From NCBI GenBank assembly GCA_965243025.1, contig CBDETY010000003.1, forward strand, positions 1,792,001-1,856,000: a stretch of DNA of 64,000 nucleotides, written 5' to 3'. Shown here piece after piece: positions 1 through 7,371 of this stretch. Every line of letters begins with the position of its first letter. Position 1 is the stretch's first letter. Both the position numbers and the translations under genes were made by a program. Source of the DNA: Candidatus Latescibacterota bacterium. Its GTDB lineage: Bacteria; Latescibacterota; UBA2968; UBA8231. The notes beneath the pieces were generated by a model. The model saw only the letters and a list, made by a program, of their open reading frames with translations, ran no database searches and was not told the origin of the DNA.

Positions 1-1
1 C

Positions 2-484
2 CTTGCCGGCCATGGGACCCATGCCCCCCTTCAAGGTTCCGCTGATATCGACGACAGTGGCGGTGATTCCCCTGCCCCCGGAGACTTCCCAACGGCGTGC
101 GACTTCTGCGGTCGGAGTCCCGTCCGGCTGCTCGAACTGACCGTACCAGCGATTCACATTGTCGTCGGTGCTGCCCCCGATTCCGGAGAACACCGCCAAC
201 TCGGCGTCGCCGGCAGCCGATCCATCGGGGGCCGGAAGAACATACTCTGCAATCCGCATGCTGCTTGAGGGAGGCCGCGACATCCACCCTTCCGGTATCC
301 TGACGAGCAGGTTTCCCCAGCGTTCCCCGGTGCCACCAGCCGGGCGGCCGCTGACGGCGGTGCCCGTCGGAAGCGGTGTGAATCCTTTCTCCATCAAAGC
401 CTCATCCACTGGTTTTTCGCTGTAATTCTGACTGCATGAGAACAGTGGAAAGAGGATAAGAAATAAAATTAGGTTTTCTCTCAC
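2..484 (-). CDS. Putative lipoprotein of unknown function, truncated by the window edge (absent from the ORF track)
   Basis: Manual translation from GTG at 484 (GGAG RBS upstream): MRENLILFLILFPLFSCSQ... with lipobox-like LFSC, then PEGWMSRPPSSSMRIAEY...GGSTDDNVNRWYGQF. Frame stays open to position 2. Confidence 0.7.
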   Translation of the reverse strand, partial: MRENLILFLILFPLFSCSQNYSEKPVDEALMEKGFTPLPTGTAVSGRPAGGTGERWGNLLVRIPEGWMSRPPSSSMRIAEYVLPAPDGSAAGDAELAVFSGIGGSTDDNVNRWYGQFEQPDGTPTAEVARRWEVSGGRGITATVVDISGTLKGGMGPMAGK

Positions 485-641
485 ATTGGTTCTCCAAGAA
501 TGAGTTACACTGACAGGATTTTCGATCATCGGCAAAGAATATCCAGTGGTGGGAACATCCTCAAATGATACAGTCCCGTCCCTTCAGAGAAAGAAACCGG
601 AGGAAGAACGCGAGAAATCAAAAGGGACACACAGACCCCTC

Positions 642-1217
642 TCAGCCTCGCTGCCGGTAGAGATCGGGATTTACCGCATTCGCCATGGCCTCCACATCGA
701 GCCCTCCCCCGAGAAACTCACTCACCCTGCCGGCCTCACGGCGGGGGTCCGCATGCACCTGTTCAAAACGGAGGTAGAGGACCTCGAAATTCCCCGCATG
801 CTCCCGCAGCCAATTTTGCATGGCCTCGAGGTGTTTGACGAATGCCGCACGCAGGCAGGATTCGCCCTCACGACCCGGGCTCTTTCCACGGCGAACCATC
901 ATTTCCCGCTGCGAAGCCAGCAGCTCATCGAGGTCGCGGAGCATGAAGATCACCCGGTAGCGACGGTCCAGGGGAAGGTCCTGAAGCAGCCACGAGACCA
1001 CCTTTACCGCCATCCCCGCCCCTCGATCAAGGCAGTCCGGATTCTCGGACATCCGCTTTACCGGCTCGAACTCGAAGTACCCCTGCGGGTTGTCGCAGTC
1101 GGGAGCACGAACGCCGTCCGTGAGCAGGGGCACTCCGCCGGCCGCCAGCATTTCCATCATCATCGAGGTTCCGGATCTCGGGATCCCTGACACCACGACA
1201 GGTCCGCTTCCGATCAC
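642..1217 (-). CDS. Sulfotransferase family protein
   Basis: PAPS-binding loop VVVSGIPRSGTSMMM at the N-terminus; P-loop sulfotransferase-like remainder (LYLRFEQVHADP). Confidence 0.8.
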   Translation of the reverse strand: MIGSGPVVVSGIPRSGTSMMMEMLAAGGVPLLTDGVRAPDCDNPQGYFEFEPVKRMSENPDCLDRGAGMAVKVVSWLLQDLPLDRRYRVIFMLRDLDELLASQREMMVRRGKSPGREGESCLRAAFVKHLEAMQNWLREHAGNFEVLYLRFEQVHADPRREAGRVSEFLGGGLDVEAMANAVNPDLYRQRG

Positions 1218-1319
1218 GTCCCTTACGCCGTCTCCCTGGCCCTCCCGGTCTGGGAATCACTCATCCACCGAGCGCCGTCGCTTCATCGGGTTCCCGGACC
1301 TGGTGTATCGACCGGGCAC

Positions 1320-1346
1320 AAAAAAGGACCTCGGGAAAAGGAGGTC
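1320..1346 (-). terminator. Putative intrinsic terminator downstream of the beta-barrel gene
   Basis: Minus strand GACCTC-8 nt-GAGGTC followed by C and six T. Confidence 0.45.
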
Positions 1347-1554
1347 ATTCGGAAAACCGAGCCATTTCCAGGAGCCCTGGTGGAAACCGGTCATGGGGAT
1401 GGACGGAGAGGAGTCCGACTGATTCTGCCGGTGGGATGAAAACCAGTGCCGCAGCCTTTTCGTGATCCGGGCATGCAATAACCGACCCGGAAGAGGAGGT
1501 CGGCTCTCCATCCGTTCAGCAACAGCGTGCATTGCCCTGAGCCTCAACCGGAAA

Positions 1555-2181
1555 TCAGAAACTGATGACGATACCCGCACTGATCTCGTTGTACTGGACT
1601 GTGTAGTCCTCGGTTGCCAGGTCGGCTCCCGTTACTTCCTCAACCTGCCTGGAAACCTCGGCAGAAACGGCTCCCCTGACGGAAAACACCAGGTATTGGC
1701 GGAGGTCGAAACGGATATCCAACCGCTCCTGAACCCGGTAGCGGACTCCTCCGCCATAGCTCAAGGAAGTGCTCGTCTGCAGTTCGGATATCGCATCCAG
1801 AGTCTGCAGAAGGTCGGCGTCCTCGATGTTACCTGGGGGATCGGTGGCAGTCAGGGTCACCGCCCCCAGACCCACCCCCGCAAACGGCTTGAGATTGCCG
1901 GTCGGAAAATTGACCAGGAATCGCCCTTCGTAGAATACTGCGGTCGTGGTGGTTTTCTCCACACCGAGGATATCCCGGGTCGGCCGCGAGATCATCAGGG
2001 AGGTTTCTCCCCCGAAAGTCGCTCCCGATCTTCCCCAGCGCAGACCGAACCCGGGGGCGCTCTCGAGATTGACGTCCTCGTCGAACTCCACAGTTCCCGC
2101 GAAGGCAGACAGATCTGCGCCGGCGGGCGCAGTCGCCAGGGCGGCTGCAATGGCGGCGGCTGCAGCTAGGCGGGCTCGCAT
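1555..2181 (-). CDS. Small outer-membrane beta-barrel protein (OmpA/OmpW-like transmembrane domain)
   Basis: Ala-rich signal peptide, alternating beta-strand pattern (KPFAGVGLG, YGGGVRY, IRFDLRQY) and C-terminal aromatic residue (VISF). Confidence 0.8.
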   Translation of the reverse strand: MRARLAAAAAIAAALATAPAGADLSAFAGTVEFDEDVNLESAPGFGLRWGRSGATFGGETSLMISRPTRDILGVEKTTTTAVFYEGRFLVNFPTGNLKPFAGVGLGAVTLTATDPPGNIEDADLLQTLDAISELQTSTSLSYGGGVRYRVQERLDIRFDLRQYLVFSVRGAVSAEVSRQVEEVTGADLATEDYTVQYNEISAGIVISF

Positions 2182-2290
2182 GGTGCAACTCCTTGTGAGA
2201 AACGTAGTTGTCGGAAATCTGACCGCTTCTGTCGAATGGTACCGAAGCCCATCTCCATCCGCAAGCAGTGGTGACTTCGTTCAGTCGAGT

Positions 2291-3061
2291 TCAGTCGAGA
2301 TTGGGCCGTTCCAGGAACACCGTCACCCCGAGGTCGGCGTACCGCGGCCTGCGGTCCGGGGTCCCGGTTCGGAAGCAGATCGCCGTTTCCGTACCGGCAA
2401 TTGATTTCGCTATCGCCCCGACACATTCCTCGACCGATCTGTACGGAGGATGGGGGTGAGCCTCGATGTCGAACCCGAGATCGGATGGCCCTATCGACAG
2501 ACAGTCGACCTCCGGTCTGGCCAGCTTGTGGGCCTGCAACGTCGCCGAAAGAGACTCTATCTGAAGCCATAGCACGCCGTTCTCGTTCCACCAGTCAGCG
2601 TAAGCCCTGGGGTCCGCCCAAGCGCCGACCTTGAGGCGCGCTCCTCCGCCGAGGCTCCGCCTCCCCAGCGGGGGGTAGTAGAAATTCTCGACCGCTTCGA
2701 AGGCGGTCCGCTCCGTCTCCGTCTGGGGCACCTCGATACCCCCGGCTCCGAAATCGAGGAAGTTGCCGATCAGCTGGCAGTGCATCGCGTGCTTGATCCG
2801 GAAGCGCACCGGAAGGTCGAACTCGTCCGCAAGCGCACAGAACTCTACCAGCTGCGAGTCCTCGACCGCCGAGTGCTGCCCGTCTGTAAACGCGAACCCG
2901 TACGACTCATGGTCCATGGCGCGCTCGAAGTACTCCCTGGCCGCATCGATCGGTGCCCCCAGACCGATGACGGTTTCTCCGTTGCGGATTCTCTGCTTCA
3001 GTCCACTCGCTTTCACGGTTTCTCCTGCTGTTCGGATGAGGGATGACCTGAGAGTCTCCAA
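2291..3061 (-). CDS. HpcH/HpaI aldolase/citrate lyase family protein
   Basis: Motifs DGQHS, LDFGAGGIEVP, YPPLGRRS, LQIES, IGPSDL. Confidence 0.85.
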   Translation of the reverse strand: METLRSSLIRTAGETVKASGLKQRIRNGETVIGLGAPIDAAREYFERAMDHESYGFAFTDGQHSAVEDSQLVEFCALADEFDLPVRFRIKHAMHCQLIGNFLDFGAGGIEVPQTETERTAFEAVENFYYPPLGRRSLGGGARLKVGAWADPRAYADWWNENGVLWLQIESLSATLQAHKLARPEVDCLSIGPSDLGFDIEAHPHPPYRSVEECVGAIAKSIAGTETAICFRTGTPDRRPRYADLGVTVFLERPNLD

Positions 3062-3194
3062 TCAGGGCTGAGGTTCCGGCCGCTATCGAATCCTCGACCA
3101 ACACCGGAGACACCGGGAAATCAATTGCAGGGGGCCCCGAACTCCAAACCCGGGCCCCTTGCTCCTTGTGTCCCCCTCTTCGAAGGTTGTGACC

Positions 3195-4706
3195 ATGCTG
3201 CAGCGCACCTTTCCCCCAGCTGCCGCCGCTCTCGGATGGCTTCTCGCAGCACCCGGGGCCTCGCAGCCTGCCGACACCTTGGCCTCCCCCTCGGTGGTCG
3301 GATCGATTTCCGTTTTCGGAAACAGCCGCACCCGCCCCGAAGTAATCCGGCGCGAGTTGCTTTTCGCCAGCGGCGAACGCCTGGACACCAACCTCGTGCG
3401 AGAGAGCGAGCGCAATCTCCGCCGCCTTCTGTTTCTCGGAGACGTGCGGGTGCGCCTGCTTCCGCCTGCGCCGGAAGCCGACAGCGTCGACATCTCGGTG
3501 GAAGTGAGAGACCTGTACTCCCGGGCGGTATCCCCCCTCTTCTCCGGGGAAGTGGGCGAGGTCAGCTACGGCCTCGTCGCTCTTGATTACAACTTTCTCG
3601 GCCGTGGCCAGGTAGTGAAGGCGTCCGCCCGTCACGATGCCGTATCGGGAAACAGCGCCGGGCTTTTTTTTGGCGAGCCACGGTTGCTGGGTTCACACAT
3701 CGGTTTCCGCACCCAGCTCGAGCTCGCCGAGGAAGGCCACCTCGCGACTTTTTCCCTTTCGCAGCCGTACTATTCGCTGTCGTCACCCTGGAGGTTCGGC
3801 GTGGCCTTGCGCAGTTCCGAGAGCCTGGCACGGCAGTACTCATCCGGAGAGCTGACCGCCCGCTACCGAAGCAGCCTGGGGTCCGCAGGTATCTGGGCCG
3901 GCCACTCCGCCGGAGACCGGATCAAGATCCGACCGAGTGTCCGTCTCGACATCTCCGACCAGGTCTTCGAACCGATGCCCCCCTTCCTGCATGCGCCAGA
4001 AGACCGGCGGCGGGTCGTCGTCAGCGCCGGAATCCTCATTTGGCAGCCCCGTTACGCCAAGACCCGATTTCTGCAGTCCCTGGGACGTACCCAAGACCTC
4101 CAGACCGGCAGCTGGGGGGGAGCCAGCCTCTCCCTTTCCCACCGGACACCAGGCTCGGACCGGACTTTTCCCACCCTCGCCGCGCAGGTAGCCCCCCGCC
4201 TGAACCCGCGGCCCGGCATCTACCTGTTCTCCAGCTTTTTCGCAAGCTCCCGCATTGTGGAAGGGACCTGGTCAAACTTCGTCACCACGTCCCGAATTCA
4301 GGCTTTCGTGCAGGTTTTCCAGGTTCACAGCCTGGCCTTTCGCAGCAGTTATTCCGCAATCGCTCGGCCCGACGACCCGGCACAGTACCTGCTTGGGCTG
4401 AACCGTGGCCTTCGCGGCTATCCCCCGAGGAGCTTCGACGGCCGGCAAAGGCTGCTCTTCAACCTTGAAGCCCGGCCGACGATCAAGCGCACCCCCTTCT
4501 ACGTTCTGGCAGGCGCGGTTTTTTTCGATGCCGGGGAGGCGTGGTACCCGGGAGAAGATATCGACCTGAAACCGGCGGCTGGAATCGGGGGGCGGATCGG
4601 ATGGCCGCGGATTTACGATGCCCCGATCATGCGCGCCGACCTTGCCCGCGGACTTGCCCGGGGCGGAGTCTGGCAGCTTTCCTTCGGGATCGGTCAGTAT
4701 TGGTAG
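3195..4706 (+). CDS. Omp85 (BamA/TamA) family outer-membrane protein with a single POTRA domain
   Basis: Signal peptide from ATG 3195; POTRA motif GNSRTRPEVIRREL; barrel motifs NFLGRG, LRGY, FFDAG; C-terminal GQYW. Confidence 0.8.
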   Translation: MLQRTFPPAAAALGWLLAAPGASQPADTLASPSVVGSISVFGNSRTRPEVIRRELLFASGERLDTNLVRESERNLRRLLFLGDVRVRLLPPAPEADSVDISVEVRDLYSRAVSPLFSGEVGEVSYGLVALDYNFLGRGQVVKASARHDAVSGNSAGLFFGEPRLLGSHIGFRTQLELAEEGHLATFSLSQPYYSLSSPWRFGVALRSSESLARQYSSGELTARYRSSLGSAGIWAGHSAGDRIKIRPSVRLDISDQVFEPMPPFLHAPEDRRRVVVSAGILIWQPRYAKTRFLQSLGRTQDLQTGSWGGASLSLSHRTPGSDRTFPTLAAQVAPRLNPRPGIYLFSSFFASSRIVEGTWSNFVTTSRIQAFVQVFQVHSLAFRSSYSAIARPDDPAQYLLGLNRGLRGYPPRSFDGRQRLLFNLEARPTIKRTPFYVLAGAVFFDAGEAWYPGEDIDLKPAAGIGGRIGWPRIYDAPIMRADLARGLARGGVWQLSFGIGQYW

Positions 4707-4731
4707 GAACTGCCGGGAAGCGGACGGATTC

Positions 4732-5898
4732 TCAACGGGTCTCGCGCACCGACAAGCGCACTTTCTGGGGAGTGACCCCCAGGATTTCCAGGGTGGTTGG
4801 ATGGAGCACGTCGTCACGTGAAACGGCGAAAGTCCGGCGTTTGAGCTTGACCAGCGAGGTATTGCCGATCACCAGCTGGAAGTCCTCCGGACTTGCAAGC
4901 AGCAACTCCCGGCGCGGGCCGGCCACCTGCACCTCCACAACGTCCGGATCCACCCCTTCCAGGACATAGCCCTCCGGCATCCCCTCCACCACCACCGGAA
5001 CCGGGAGGGTGACTTGCTCGACGGTCGAGCCGGGCACAAGCACCGTCCAGCTTGCCAGGGCCAAGGCAAAGGCGACAACCGCTTCAAGCCCCCGGCGCCA
5101 AAGCTGCGGCCATTTTTGGCGGCCTGGGCCCAATCCGGAGCGCGGGCCGAGTTTCGCCAGATGCCCGCGCAGGACGTCGATCAGGTGTTCGGGATTATCG
5201 AGAACCTGCAGTTCGCCGGCACTGGCTACCGCTACCGTTCCACGCTCCTCCGACACCACCACGCAAAGCGCATCGCAGCGTTCTGCCAGCCCCCGTGCCG
5301 CGGCATGCCGCGTACCACCTGGCCCCAAGTGGGGGTGATCTTCCGAAATCGGGAGGAGAGCGGAGAAGCGTCCAAGACGGTCCCCCTGAACGAGAACCGC
5401 GCCGTCGTGGCCAGGTGACCGGGGGTCGAAAATACTGAGGAGAAGTTCCTCGCTGATGGCAGCGTCGAGGGGTATGCCCCCATGCAGATGGCGTTCAACC
5501 GGCTCGCGGCCCGGAACGACCACGAGCGCGCCGATGTGCATCCGGGCCAGGCGCAACAAGGCCCCGGCCAGGGTGGAAATACCATCGGTCCGGGTACGGG
5601 CCGGACGGCGGCGCAGCCCGAACACGGCGATCTGCTCGAAAAGCCGCCGCAGATCGTCCTGGAATACCACCACCAGCAGGATGACCACCATTGCGAAGAA
5701 GCCCTGGAAAAACCACGCGGTCAGCTGCAATTCCAGCTGCAGGGCAAGGAGATAGAACGCGCCCAGGAAACCCAGACCCAGAAGCGCCAGACCGGCATGG
5801 ACGCGGCGGGCCCAGGCCATCAAAGCCCAGAGCAGCAGGCTCACTACCCCGACATCGGCAAGCTCGTCCCACCCTATCTCGAGCAGTGAGCCCAACAT
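4732..5898 (-). CDS. cdaA: Diadenylate cyclase (CdaA/DisA_N) fused to a C-terminal YbbR (CdaR-like) domain
   Basis: Three N-terminal TM helices; DAC motifs HDGAV, GTRHAAA, VSEERG; a further TM helix and a YbbR-like tail (VEVQVAGPR...VTPQKVRL). Confidence 0.8.
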   Translation of the reverse strand: MLGSLLEIGWDELADVGVVSLLLWALMAWARRVHAGLALLGLGFLGAFYLLALQLELQLTAWFFQGFFAMVVILLVVVFQDDLRRLFEQIAVFGLRRRPARTRTDGISTLAGALLRLARMHIGALVVVPGREPVERHLHGGIPLDAAISEELLLSIFDPRSPGHDGAVLVQGDRLGRFSALLPISEDHPHLGPGGTRHAAARGLAERCDALCVVVSEERGTVAVASAGELQVLDNPEHLIDVLRGHLAKLGPRSGLGPGRQKWPQLWRRGLEAVVAFALALASWTVLVPGSTVEQVTLPVPVVVEGMPEGYVLEGVDPDVVEVQVAGPRRELLLASPEDFQLVIGNTSLVKLKRRTFAVSRDDVLHPTTLEILGVTPQKVRLSVRETR

Positions 5899-6079
5899 GC
5901 AACATCAATTCCGCAGGAAAGAGCCGCGGAACTCGCGGGGATCAGTGGGAACCGGGCCGCGAAAAGGAGGTGCTCCCCCTCTCGACGAGGGCCAAACCGG
6001 AAGGCGCGCCGGAAAGCTTCTTCCCTCGCATGCAGGGAGGTTGTCGCGTTGAAGGAAGGGGGGAGGAAGAGAGGTATGG

Positions 6080-6114
6080 AAAAGGCGCCCACGACCTCGG
6101 TTGTCGTGGACGCC
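6080..6114 (-). terminator. Intrinsic terminator of the OmpA-family gene
   Basis: Minus strand GGCGTCCACGAC-7 nt-GTCGTGGGCGCC followed by TTTT. Confidence 0.65.
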
Positions 6115-6138
6115 CTCATTACCGCAACAGACAAAAAG

Positions 6139-6170
6139 AAATGCTTACTCGGAGAAGTGCTTACTCGGAG
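6139..6170. repeat. 16-nt tandem duplication covering the ompA stop codon
   Basis: AAATGCTTACTCGGAG followed by AAGTGCTTACTCGGAG (15/16 identical). Confidence 0.75.
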
Positions 6171-7222
6171 ATTATTATCTCCACGCGGCGATTTTGCCCA
6201 CGCCCATCCTTGGTGGCGTTGCTGGCGACCGGTTCACTCTCACCCTTGGATTCGACACTCATGCGTCCGTCTTCGATCCCCCTGGACATCAGGTACTTCT
6301 GGACCGAAACCGCCCGCCTCATGCCCAGCCTGGAATTGTACCAGGCGCTGCCGGTACTGTCGGTGTGGCCGCGCAGCAGCACCCCCATCTCCGGTTGCCC
6401 TTCCAGATCCATGACAACCTCGTCGAGAATCCCCTTGGCTCCATCGGAGAGTTTCGAAGAGTTCAGGGCGAACAGAACCACTCTGGGAGCCGGCATCTCA
6501 ATCTCTGGCTCTTCGACGACCTCTTCCATCGGAGGTTCCGGGGCCGGTTGCTCGACAGGGGGAGGAGCCACCGGTTCGGGCATGGGAGCGACCGGGACCG
6601 GCGGCGGACCGAAGCTGCCGAGGGTCAGCCCCACCCTGCCTTGCAGGGAGGCGTCGTTCCCTCCCTCTTCCACCGCGTTGACGGCATCGCTGAGGGCCAT
6701 CTCATACCCTATGCTGACCTCCAGGGCGAGATTGTCCGAAAGTTTGTACTGGATTCCGGTGCCCAATGGAACCATCGGAACCGAGCCGATGACGTCCAGT
6801 CCAGGGGTGCGCAAAGGGGAAATCTCGGGTTGATCCCAGTCGTAACGAATCAGGCCGACGCCCCCGAAAAGGAACAGGTTCCAATCACTCCGGGTGATCG
6901 GGCTGAACAGCAGGCGGCCGCTGATGGTCGCCACATCGGTTGCGGAATCGGTGGCCAGGAAGCGCTCGAATCCCCCGTTGAGCTCGAACTGCCAGTTCGG
7001 CAGCAGACCCCGCCTCAAATAGGCAGTCCCCTGCAGGCCCATCTGGTTCTCCAACTCGGTAATGGGCAATAGGCCTCCCGCGCCGCCTCCGGCGGTGACA
7101 CCTGCCGTCCCGCCCGGGTCGAACTGGGCCGGGGCGGGCGATGCCCATATCAATCCACCCGCGATGAGCGCGAGGACCGCGAGTGAAACCTGCTGAAACG
7201 GGTGCGTGATTTTCATTTCCAT
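6161..7222 (-). CDS. OmpA family protein (beta-barrel, Pro-rich linker, peptidoglycan-binding domain)
   Basis: GHTDSTG, YNSRLGMRRA, GESEPVASN and GRGQNRRVEI motifs; PPPVPVAPMPEP linker. Confidence 0.92.
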   Translation of the reverse strand: MEMKITHPFQQVSLAVLALIAGGLIWASPAPAQFDPGGTAGVTAGGGAGGLLPITELENQMGLQGTAYLRRGLLPNWQFELNGGFERFLATDSATDVATISGRLLFSPITRSDWNLFLFGGVGLIRYDWDQPEISPLRTPGLDVIGSVPMVPLGTGIQYKLSDNLALEVSIGYEMALSDAVNAVEEGGNDASLQGRVGLTLGSFGPPPVPVAPMPEPVAPPPVEQPAPEPPMEEVVEEPEIEMPAPRVVLFALNSSKLSDGAKGILDEVVMDLEGQPEMGVLLRGHTDSTGSAWYNSRLGMRRAVSVQKYLMSRGIEDGRMSVESKGESEPVASNATKDGRGQNRRVEIIISE

Positions 7223-7371
7223 TCTCTTTCCTTATGTAGTGGAAACCTACGTCCTTAATTATAACGGAGATCGGTTAATTTGGCGCAAGTAAATTTCGAG
7301 TGCCGTCGAAAAACCAGGCACGAGAGACGGCTCACCCCCCTCTTTTGCCAGCGATTTTTTCTTCTGTCGGC

